Assembly: GCA_963775685.1 (NCBI GenBank)
Contig: CAVZJV010000014.1
Location: 1,568,001-1,632,000, forward strand
From: Candidatus Bathyarchaeota archaeon
GTDB taxonomy: Archaea > Thermoproteota > Bathyarchaeia > Bathyarchaeales > Bathycorpusculaceae
Length of the DNA stretch: 64,000 nucleotides
Reading direction: 5' to 3'
Shown: positions 41,648 to 51,187 of the stretch, in pieces
Layout of the letters: each line of letters starts with the position of its first letter
Position numbering within the stretch: the stretch's first letter is position 1
Notes under the pieces: model-generated
Told to the model about the DNA's origin: nothing
What the model saw: the letters and a program-made list of their open reading frames with translations, nothing else
Databases searched by the model: none
Position numbers and translations under genes: made by a program

Positions 41648-42211
41648 GTGCCCAAGATTTTTGTACTACGTTGGGGACACCGGCCTCAACGTGACGTTCG
41701 TTTGACTACTCATGTTGCTTTGACTGCGCGTGCGCTCTGCGCTTCTGGATTCATCTTAGCTGACGTAGAAGATACGCATATTCAGGAAACCGTTGCAAAA
41801 ATAACCAAAGCGTGGGGCGGCAACTTTCACTTTGAAATGGGAACCCCGTGGAAAAGAGCGGTCCGCGACTGGAAAGCCAAAGGCGGCGTCATCGTACATT
41901 TAACTGCTTATGGCGAGAACGTTCAAACAAATGGTGTCATGAGTCGAATAAAAGCTGTAGGCAAACCCGTGATGCTGCTTGTGGGAAGCCAAAAGGTTCC
42001 TGGCGAATTCTACTCAGACGAAATCTCGGATTTCAACGTAGCAGTCGGAAACCAGCCTCATTCTGAGTGTTCGGCTTTGGCGATTTTTCTAGACCGCTAC
42101 TTTGAGGGCAAAGAACTCGCCAAAACCTTTGAGAAAGCCAAAATCGAAATTATTCCAAAGGAAAGGGGTAAACAAATCAGAAGCCACTTGGATAACGTGG
42201 ATTTTCATTAA
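41648..42211 (+). CDS. trm56: tRNA (cytidine-56-2'-O)-methyltransferase
   Basis: LRWGHRPQRDVRLTTHVALTARA, HLTAYG, VGSQKVP, NQPHSE. Confidence 0.95.
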   Translation: MPKIFVLRWGHRPQRDVRLTTHVALTARALCASGFILADVEDTHIQETVAKITKAWGGNFHFEMGTPWKRAVRDWKAKGGVIVHLTAYGENVQTNGVMSRIKAVGKPVMLLVGSQKVPGEFYSDEISDFNVAVGNQPHSECSALAIFLDRYFEGKELAKTFEKAKIEIIPKERGKQIRSHLDNVDFH

Positions 42212-42276
42212 TGTTTTGGGAAGGGTTTTATTCCAGAAGGTTCCCATATTATGTTACTAAAAAGGAACATTAGAGT

Positions 42277-42789
42277 ATGTTATCCACTATTGATGATTCA
42301 ACCTTAATCAAAGTAGCTTTGGCGTTAGGTGGCGAAGAAGCAGTTCAACTTATAGCTCACCTCAAAGGCGTGGAAGAGATAACGGATGATGAAATCGCTA
42401 ACAAAACGGGCATCCGCCTCAACGCTGTTCGCAAAATCCTCTACAAACTCTATGATCATTCGCTGGTAAGCCTGCGCAGAACACGGGACCCCAAAACAGG
42501 ATGGTTTATTTTCCACTGGAAACTTCAACCAGACCAGCTTGAGGGATTCATTTTAAGCCAGAAAAGACGTGTTCTTGAAAAACTCAACGTAAGGCTAGAA
42601 TACGAAAAAAACCACGACTTCTACTACTGTGACAGCCAAGAATGCAAAAGAGTTCCTTTTGAAGATGCCGTTGAACTAGTTTTTCATTGTTCCACATGCG
42701 GCAAAAACCTTGTTCATTTTGAAAACGGAAAAATGATCGACAAACTCTCCGAGAAAGTTGAGATCTTAAGCAGGGAATTAGGTGAGTAG
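42277..42789 (+). CDS. tfe: Transcription factor E (TFE alpha)
   Basis: TDDEIA..TGIRLNAVRKILYKL wHTH, RDPKTGWF.F.W, Zn ribbon C..C / CSTCG. Confidence 0.93.
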   Translation: MLSTIDDSTLIKVALALGGEEAVQLIAHLKGVEEITDDEIANKTGIRLNAVRKILYKLYDHSLVSLRRTRDPKTGWFIFHWKLQPDQLEGFILSQKRRVLEKLNVRLEYEKNHDFYYCDSQECKRVPFEDAVELVFHCSTCGKNLVHFENGKMIDKLSEKVEILSRELGE

Positions 42790-43334
42790 CTCTGCTTCCG
42801 AACAGGGAGCAAGCAATCGAGCTCCTCTACAAAAACCACTGTCCCTCTCAAGTAATTAGCCATTGCATAGCTGTCGCGGATTTGGCAGTAGAAACTGCAA
42901 CCAAACTTGAAGCTAAGGGACTAAAAATTAACATAGCACTCGTTGAGGTAGGTGCCCTTTTACATGACATAGGGCGCTCAAAAAATCACACTGTTGATCA
43001 TGCATTAGTTGGCGCACAAATCGCAAATTCCCAGAGTTTGCCTGAGTCAGTCGTTAACATAATTAAGCGACACGTTGGCGGGGGAATCACAGCAGATGAA
43101 GCGGAAAAGTTTGGTTGGCCAAAAGACGATTACTCGCCTCAAACTTTAGAAGAGAAAGTTGTCTCTTACGCCGACAAACTAATTGATAAGTCAAACAGGA
43201 TCCCCGTTGAAATCGAGATTGAACGGCTTCAGAGAGAGAAGAAGAGTGAAGCAGCAGAAAGAGTTAGAAAGCTAAACGAAGAAATAACCAGTTTACTAGG
43301 CACAAACCATGACCACCTTAACACTACTAATTAA
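42782..43334 (+). CDS. HD-domain (HDIG) metal-dependent hydrolase
   Basis: HC.AV, ALLHDIGR, H...GA, RHVGGG, EEKVV.YAD. The N-terminal LPNREQAIELL is in frame from 42792, but GTG 42782 is one base out of frame. Confidence 0.88.
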
Positions 43335-44082
43335 AGCTCAAAACTTTGGGCAAGTCAAACAAATCGATGAACTCTTAAAAACACAGTTTGAAGAATTAGA
43401 CGTAGAACTAAAAGTTCTAACTAACTCAGTCAATAGGTGGGTTCAAGTTTTTCTTTCAGGCGAGGACGAAGCTATAGCGACAAGCTATATCAACAAGGAA
43501 ATAGGCACCTGCCCCATAAGCCTTGACAACGCAAAAAACTTGCCATTCCTCAAAGGATATATTTCAAAATTGGACCTTGCTAGGCAAGAGATACTTGTGG
43601 ATGTGGGGATTTTTGAACCTAAAATGATTTTGTTAACAGTTCCTCTGGCTACTTTGCAAAAGCAACTTGTTGGTGGCAAGGGGGTGGATTTAAAGAAAAT
43701 CGCGGAGAGTTATGGTTTTGCAGAGCGTTCTTTATTAACTGTTAAACTTTTTTCACAAGAGGGTGATGTGTTGCAAGCGGAGTTGGCGACGGAGCAGGTT
43801 GAGAAGCTTCATATTTGGCAGCTGTCACTTTTGGACAGATTAATAATTTTGGGTGCCTCAAAGGAAACGATTGAGGGTGTGCTTGAACGGACAAGGTTAA
43901 GCCGCGATGTGATCGATATTGAGGTTTTGGGTATGTTTGAACATGCTCTAACGTGTAAACTTGGAACAAACGCCGCAGGGTTGGTCGGGATTATGGGAAG
44001 GTACTTGAGGAATTCGGTTTTTGTGGTTTTTAATGCACAAAGAAGTCTAAATTTGTTGATCGATAATACATTAACCTTATAA
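43309..44082 (+). CDS. DUF2110-like archaeal protein
   Basis: GEDE..A..Y...EIG, VDVG, D.I.IE.LG.FEH.L.CK.GT.A.G; usual neighbour of tfe and the HD gene. Confidence 0.75.
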   Translation: MTTLTLLIKAQNFGQVKQIDELLKTQFEELDVELKVLTNSVNRWVQVFLSGEDEAIATSYINKEIGTCPISLDNAKNLPFLKGYISKLDLARQEILVDVGIFEPKMILLTVPLATLQKQLVGGKGVDLKKIAESYGFAERSLLTVKLFSQEGDVLQAELATEQVEKLHIWQLSLLDRLIILGASKETIEGVLERTRLSRDVIDIEVLGMFEHALTCKLGTNAAGLVGIMGRYLRNSVFVVFNAQRSLNLLIDNTLTL

Positions 44083-44130
44083 TTGTGTGAATAAATAGTT
44101 AAACTTTAATTGAAAGGGGGAGGGGGGCTT

Positions 44131-44292
44131 ATGAGCCAGGTTGACGATAGAGAGAGAAAAAAATATCGGATAGACATCGGAGCTTATGGCAGCATAGGAA
44201 TTGAGGCGCCCACAAAAGAAGAATGTTTGGAACTCTTCAACGAAGTCACAAAAACAAAACGTGACTCAAGAATAGATGAAGCTATAAGATAG
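44131..44292 (+). CDS. Small hypothetical protein (53 aa)
   Basis: G-rich RBS and upstream TATA; MSQVDDRE...EAPTKEECLELF. Confidence 0.55.
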   Translation: MSQVDDRERKKYRIDIGAYGSIGIEAPTKEECLELFNEVTKTKRDSRIDEAIR

Positions 44293-44359
44293 CGCCAAAC
44301 CTCACGCTCTCAAACGCCTATTCATCAGGATTCAAGTAAACAAAAGTCTAGCTTATATC

Positions 44360-44524
44360 TTATAAGACATCGTGTTCTTCTTTGCAGTGTGTCTCGAAAT
44401 CCTCTTTGTTGTCGTAGACTTCCTGGTCAATTGGACACTTGAACTTCTTGTCCTTAGTCATTTCTGGCTTGGGCACAGTAACACGCGGGGCAGTCCTTTT
44501 TAAGTTATTTTTGTCATTTGCCAA
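44360..44524 (-). CDS. Small C2H2 zinc-finger protein
   Basis: GGAGGTGA RBS; FKCPID..Y....F..H....H (CxxD variant). Confidence 0.7.
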   Translation of the reverse strand: MANDKNNLKRTAPRVTVPKPEMTKDKKFKCPIDQEVYDNKEDFETHCKEEHDVL

Positions 44525-44770
44525 CCAATTCACCTCCAACAAGCACTCGGCTGCTTAACAAAATAATTGAGCGGAAAGAAAGTTATTAAAAATATGTGAC
44601 TGTACCCACCCAACAACTAACCCATAAAACAAAAAAAGCTGGTGAGAAAATCTAATTTTTGCTCTGTTTGACTTTCTGAGCCAACAAAAGACACCAACAG
44701 CGGATACTGTTAAGTTAACTTGCCTGTCGTACAAGTGTGATTAGGGCAACTTTTGGAACCGTTGCTAGAA

Positions 44771-45310
44771 TCATTTAAAAGGAACAAGGTTGGCGCGGTT
44801 GATAAGGTACAAATTGTTGGCATAATCATTGCGGCAATCGAACAAGTAAGTTTGGTTTAACTTGATTTCGTTGTAGAGGGTTGCGTTGTTGGCAATGTAG
44901 AGTGTTCGACCGTTGGCTAGGTTAACCGCATAGTTTACAGCTGGCTTATCGGTAACTTGAGCTTTTGAAACCACAAATCCTCCTTGGGGATTGACACTCT
45001 CGATTATGATTAGGTTGTTGTTAAAATCTATGCGACACATAAACGTGTAGATTTGGGTTTGGTTTTCTATTATGCACTCATAGAGGGCAGTGTTGTTTTG
45101 AATGTACAAGGTTCGACCATCCAATAGGCTAACAGCGTGAGTTGCATGAGAATGGTCTGAAATGACGGTCTTTGAGAGCACCGCACCGCTTTCCGCGTCA
45201 GGAATGGATGCGCTGCGTATGGAGTCTTCTGCAACAGCCACTATAACGGTTAGTGTCGCCAACGAAACAACAATTGCTAAAACCACAGTTAGTTTGAATG
45301 AGTCCATCAT
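44771..45310 (-). CDS. Membrane-anchored protein with two tandem ~55-aa repeats
   Basis: N-terminal TM; AV.L..GRTLYI.NN..LY..I..NQT..F.CR.D..NNL occurs twice. Confidence 0.75.
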   Translation of the reverse strand: MMDSFKLTVVLAIVVSLATLTVIVAVAEDSIRSASIPDAESGAVLSKTVISDHSHATHAVSLLDGRTLYIQNNTALYECIIENQTQIYTFMCRIDFNNNLIIIESVNPQGGFVVSKAQVTDKPAVNYAVNLANGRTLYIANNATLYNEIKLNQTYLFDCRNDYANNLYLINRANLVPFK

Positions 45311-45588
45311 TTGACTATTTTCCCTCTTTCTGGGTGATATGGAGTGAATGACTAATAAGAAAATCCAAAAAAGATATTGTTAAGCTACTCAACCTGTTCC
45401 ACAGTCATTCATTTTCAACTATCTCTCCATACTGTTAACGCAAGAAATATAGAAAGATTAGTTATTTTGCACAAAGTATTCGAATGTAACGTTCAGTTTT
45501 TAGAACCATACTCGTAAAGCCCTAACATCTTAGGGGCAATACATAAATTCAAAAAGTAACCCAGTATATTATAACAAGCTGATTATTT

Positions 45589-46867
45589 ATGAAAAAATTT
45601 TATTCGTTAATAACTCTGTCAATTCTTTGCCTTTCAGTTCTCTTATCTGTTTCATTTACAGCCAATGCCCAAGATGATGCTTCGTGGCCCATGTTTCACC
45701 ATGACGTAACGCACACTGGCTACTCAAACACAGATGGACCTAGCTGCAAATCAAACTCTTTGGACCTTCCCAATTAGCAACGGTTGGGTATTGACTTCCC
45801 CAGTGGTCGTCAACGGAATAGTCTACTTTACTTCATCCGATAAAGGCATGCACCTCGATACAGCCAACAACAACATTTATGCGGTAAACGCTAAAGACGG
45901 AACAAAGATCTGGAACTACTCAGCCCCAGCTAAAATCTATGGATCTCCAGCAGTTGCAAACGGCATGGTCTTCTTCGGATCTGACGATTATGCAATCTAT
46001 GGATTAAATGCAACGACAGGTGCTTACATATGGAAATGCGTTACCGGAAGCTATGCCGAGGGTTCCCCGACGATTTCAAACGGGATACTCTATGCAGGCT
46101 CAAACGACAATAAACTGTGGGCTATAGACGCTGCTTCTGGCATGCCTCTGTGGAACTTTACAACCGGCGGCCTTGTTACTTCCGCTCCTGCGGTAGCTAA
46201 TGGAATAGTTTATTTCGGCTCATATGACCACAATGTTTACGCTTTGGATGCTTCTACGGGCGCTGAAAAATGGAGTTTTTCAACCGAAAGTGTTGTGGCA
46301 TCTTCTCCCGCGGTCGCTGACGGCAAGGTTTTCATCGGTAGCTTTGACAACAATACCTATGCGTTAACCGCTGACACTGGGGCTTTGGTGTGGAAAGTTG
46401 AAACTGGTTATGACCAATGCGTTCAGGCATCTCCCGCCTTTGCTAACGGTGTAATCTACACTGGCGGCGCTTTCGACTTCAAACTCTACGCTCTAGACGC
46501 CACAAACGGCAACGAGAAATGGACTTTTGTAGCCAACGGAGGAATCACTACCGCACCTGCAGTAGTAGGCAACAAGGTCTACGTGACAGCCACATTGAGC
46601 AACACAGCCTACGCAGTTAACGCACAAAGTGGTGACCAAATCTGGAGCTACCAAACAGACGACAACATCTACTCATCACCAGCAGTTGTTGACGGAGTCG
46701 CATACTTTGGCGCCTACGACGGCACATTTTATGCTGTCGGACAAAACGAAAACGGCACTGGCGGCCAAGAAACCCCAACCACCACATATTACATAATCGC
46801 CATAGCAGCAATAGGACTTATCATTGTCGCGGTCGCAGTCATTGCACTCATAAAAAGACACAAGTAA
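45589..46867 (+). CDS. PQQ/BamB-like 8-bladed beta-propeller surface protein, +1 frameshift near 45741
   Basis: Signal peptide plus WPMFHHD..HTG, then repeated SSPAV.NG.VYFGS.D...YAL.A.TG...W blades; C-terminal TM plus KRHK. Confidence 0.88.
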
Positions 46868-46975
46868 CTTTCTTTAAAGACCCTTTTTTCATTTTTGGAT
46901 TCGGGCTATTTCCATCGTTATGACATTTAGTGAAAATGTTCTGTGCTAAACTCCATGGTACTTGATTGATTTTTC

Positions 46976-47030
46976 TTAGTCAAGAAAGTTTGACTAACAA
47001 AACCACTTTTAGTCAAGAATCCTTGACGAG
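46976..47030. promoter_or_regulatory. Twin palindromic operators TTAGTCAA-N6-TTGAC
   Basis: TTAGTCAAGAAAGTTTGACTAA (46976-46997, perfect 8-6-8) and TTAGTCAAGAATCCTTGACGAG (47009-47030), 33 bp apart. Confidence 0.7.
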
Positions 47031-47140
47031 AACGCTTTTTACACATAAAAATAGTTGTTTTTTACGAGGAAAGCTGGATGGGCAAATGCTCTTCCTTGAT
47101 TCCTTCTGTCGTGGCATGAGGCAAAATTGGAGGCTAAACA

Positions 47141-48134
47141 ATGAGCAAGGTCAGATTATCTATCCAAAAAACCAAAAACAACCGCGACTGTGACTTGTCA
47201 GGAAGACTAAAATCGCTTAACGCAGAATGCCGAAACTGTGCACCAATAACCCCTTTTGAATGTTTATCCGGCTGCAGAGTTTACCTTTTAAAAAGTGAGT
47301 TGAGACATCTTTGGGAAGCAATGGAAAATCCTAACTACCTAAAAGAACTCTTCAACGCTTTAAAAAATAAAGCGCGACTTCAAGTTATGCAAGCGATCGT
47401 AAATGGCACGTGTTCTTTAGGCCATCTTCAAGAGGAATTAAAAAAAGCCGGGCACAACTCCCGCCAAGATTACCTTAACGAAGAATGCCTTCCAGCTCTA
47501 ATGGCAGTGGGTCTTGCTGCACGGGTACGAGAGAATTATCATGCAACCACATTGGGCAACTGCTTAACCCAACTGTTCAGAGACTTTACAGAATTTGTCA
47601 ACGAGCTGCCCACTCACTCCGAGTGCTATGAAGAAGCACTTTTGCAATCTCTTCACGTGGGACCAAAAACGTTTGAAAATATAGAAGCGACTTATTGCAC
47701 CAAAAAATGTTTCGCGAACCCTCAAACGTTTGAGCTCGACTGGTTTGATAAAAACGCCGGAGGCAAGAGCCTACATATTCTTCTTCAGAACAATACGGGA
47801 TCCAAACAAAGAAACTTTGACAACCATTGAACGGACAATTTGTGATGCTGTTGGCTACGAGGGGATTTCTGCAGGAGACCTTGCCAAGAAAACGAAGCTT
47901 TCTTTAAGAAGAACCTACAAGTACCTAAAATGCTTGAAGGGGAAGAAACTGGTTTTCATACGAAGGACACCAAAAGCTTACGCTTTAACCTTTAGGGGCG
48001 AAAAGCTGGCTTTAGTTCTACAAAAGATCCAGCAAACTGTCGAAGATACCTGGGATTCTTCCCGACCAGTCATGCGGGATAACCAAGTGATCCTTGAAGC
48101 TGGAGGTTTAACCACCAATGATTTGCGCTCCTAA
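47141..48134 (+). CDS. Multi-winged-helix regulator with N-terminal CxxC-x7-CxxxC motif, +1 frameshift near 47690
   Basis: CRNCAPITPFECLSGC, ArsR-like NALKNKARLQ, further HTHs (ISAGDLAKKTKLSLRRTYKYLKCLKGKKLV...YALT.RG). Confidence 0.75.
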
Positions 48135-49405
48135 ACCAGTCGACATTGTAAACGTAAGAATCACTCATAAAAAAGCGCATGTGCCGCTTTTGGAGGCGGT
48201 TTCTTTCAAAGACAAGGTCAACGCGTATGCGGAGTTACGCTCGCTTGACAGTGCGCAGGAATCGGTGTTGATTCAAACGTGCAACCGCATTGAGGTTTAT
48301 CTTGTAAGTGAACATGGAGATAAAACGGTTAAATCCGCTTTGGAGTTTTTTGGAAACCGTGCTTCTTCTCACACCAAAGACGCGTGCAAAGCAATTGAGT
48401 ACTCAGTTAACCATGAAGCGCTCAGTCACCTTTTGCGGGTTACTTCTGGGCTAGAATCAATGGTTATAGGCGAAGACCAAGTCATAAACCAAGTCTGGAA
48501 CGCGTACCTTGAAGCTGAAAAGGCAAAGGCATCAGGTCCAGTTCTTAGTCTTCTGTTTAATCGGGCAGTAAACGTTGGTAACCGGGTAAGACGCGAAACT
48601 GGAATAAACAAAGGCGCGGTCTCTGTGGGTTCAGCCGCGGTGGAACTTGCTGAAAACCTTTTGGGAAGCCTTAACGAAAAGAAAATCCTGATCATGGGAG
48701 CGGGCGAAACGGGCACGCTTGTTGCCAAAGCAATGGCGAGGCGCTGTCTCAACCCAATTTTCATAGCTAACAGAACCTACGAGCGTGCATGGCGACTGGC
48801 ACAGGAACTTGGCGGTAAAGCTGTCACCTTTGAAAAGTTAGGTCAAGTACTCGTTGACGCCGACGTTGTGTTCTGCTGTACCTCAGCTCCGCACTTTCTG
48901 TTGACCAAGGATCTAGTATCGTGGTTGACGGTGGCGAGAAAAAACAAAAAGGACTTAGTGGTAATCGATATTTCAAACCCGCGAAACGTCGAGGAAGCAA
49001 TAAGAGAACTGTCATTCGTGAAACTCTATAACCTTGACGACTTAACGTTGATTACTGAGCATAATATACAGGAACGCCAGAAGAGTTTGCAAGAAGCAAA
49101 CAAAATCGTCGATCAGGAACTTGGGTCACTCGAAACGTGCCGTTAAAGCGAATTCTGTGCGAGACATAGTTTCTTGTGTTCTCTTGCAGGTTGAACAAAG
49201 CCGCCGGACAGAACTTGCTAAAGCCCTCGCCATGATGGGAGAGCTGGATAACCGCCAAAAAAAGATTGTCAGCGACTTAACCAGCATCTTGCTCAAGGAG
49301 ACCTTTCTTCCAATTATTGAGAACTTGCGTCAAGCCGCCGCCAACGAAGACCCCGAACTTATAGAGGTTGTAGCAAAATTATTTGAGATCAAGGAAACCT
49401 TGTAG
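48118..49405 (+). CDS. hemA: Glutamyl-tRNA reductase, +1 frameshift near 49135
   Basis: THKKA, QTCNRIE, SGLESMVIGEDQ, VSVGSAAV, GAGETG, DISNPRNV; dimerisation domain in the next frame. Confidence 0.93.
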
Positions 49406-49414
49406 AGGAATACT

Positions 49415-50780
49415 ATGAAGAAAAAGTTTTTACCCTTTTTGTTCTTAATTCCGCTTCTTGTGAGCTTGCTGAGTTCGGGTTTTGGTGGCAATTTCAATAC
49501 AGCGTTAGGAGACAAAGGAAGCGATGGCACAAACAACAACTTTGATTCTTGGCCATGTTTCACGGTGACTTGATGCACTCAGGCTACACTGATTCCTCAG
49601 GGCCAGTAACAAATCAAACTCTGTGGAGTTATCAAACCGGTCCAATACTTCCTCGCCGACAGTTGCCAGCGGTTTAGTCTATGTTGGATTAAATGATGGC
49701 AAAGTTCTAGCCTTAAACGCCAGCAGTGGGGCAGTTATGTGGAGTTACCAAAACGGCGGTGCGGTTTACTCTTCTCCTGCTGTTGCCGATAATGTTGTCT
49801 ACTTTGGATCATGGGACAAATCTGTATATGTAGTTAATGCTTTAACTGGTGCGTTACTTTGGAGTCATCCAACTGGCAGCTATGTGCAGTCATCTCCCGC
49901 TGTTGCCAACGGAGTGATCTATGTGGGCTCATATGACCACTTAACATCGTCCAATAGTGGCAGTCTCTATGCTTTGGATGATTCAACGGGTAAAATGCTA
50001 TGGAGTTATCCAGTTGGCACAGAAGTTTTAACCTCACCCATCGTTGCAAACAAAGTAGTCTACGCTGGCGGAAACGACAACAACTTTTTTGCATTTAATG
50101 CCTCCAATGGAGCAAAACTGTGGAACTACCAAATAGGTAGCTATAGCTCTGATAGTTGGTCGTCTGCAGCTGTCGCAGAAGGTGTACTGTATGTAGGTTT
50201 TGGCGGAGGAACCCTTTTTGCATTTGGCGCTTCAAACGAAACTCCAACGTCCACACCAATCTTAGCGCCGACACCTACGCCAGTCACAAAACCAAATGCA
50301 ACTGTCTCAGCCGTAACAAATAGCGTCGAAACAGTAAACCTTGCCCTAAATGGAAACATCACAAGTTCGCAGATGTCCAACGTTACAATCGCAGTAAAAA
50401 ATGCCACATCAACCAGTTTGTCTTTCACTGTTACAGGCGAAAGTGGCACTATAGGTTTTAGCAACATAACCATTCCAAAAAGCGTAGTGCCTCTGGAGAC
50501 GACGCCATTAATTTTCATAGATGAATTGGCAGCTCAGAGCCAAGGCTTCATCCAAGACGCCGGCAACTACTATGTATGGTATACAACCCATTTCAGCTTA
50601 CATCAAATATTAATCATGTTTACATCAACTAATTCTTCCCCAAACCTTACAGGCTTAAATGGGCAGGCAAGTTGGTTTCAAATTTTATATGGTATTGTGG
50701 CTGCTTTAGTGGTTGTGACGTTAGTTGTGGTTGGGCTTTTCTTTGCTTTGAAAGACCGAAAAAAAAAAGTAAATATTTAG
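49415..50780 (+). CDS. PQQ-like beta-propeller surface protein with Pro/Thr linker and C-terminal anchor; N-terminal frameshifts
   Basis: Signal peptide MKKKFLPF, WPMFHGD..HSG, SSPAVA blades, PTPTP, YVWYTTHFS.H domain, TM plus RKKK. Confidence 0.85.
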
Positions 50781-51187
50781 AGCTGGTCTTGATTCTCTTA
50801 ACCATTAAGCGAGGGATGTGACACCTTGAATATTCTGTCAAATTCAAGCCCTAACTAGAAACTTGTTCTGCTTTTTCTAATGTTGGCATCACAAGAACAT
50901 TGCAGAAGTTAGTAACAATCAGATAAGTCCAAAGAAATCTGTTTAGTAAAATTGAAATAGCAAGTAGAATTTAAACTGGTGATTAGCTCTTAAAAGGACT
51001 AAGCAATCGAAATTGGTTGGATTTTAAGAGTGATTAACCCTGTAATTGAAACTTTAAGAAAGCAACAATTGCAATCACGCCAACCACGGCTAAATAAAAT
51101 GAAATTCATCCAGAACCGACTTAGCTCATCGTTTTCTTCATTTTTAAAATTAAAAAAATGGGAAGAGATTGTTTTTGTTTGGCTTTT

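Noticed and set aside
45800-46740. Periodic repeats as a possible CRISPR array or DGR
   Set aside because: These are degenerate protein-level propeller blades. No identical repeat-spacer units, cas genes or reverse transcriptase occur in the window.
46966-47193. 75-aa ORF with a repeated SQESLT peptide
   Set aside because: The peptide repeat is only the translation of the twin DNA palindromes
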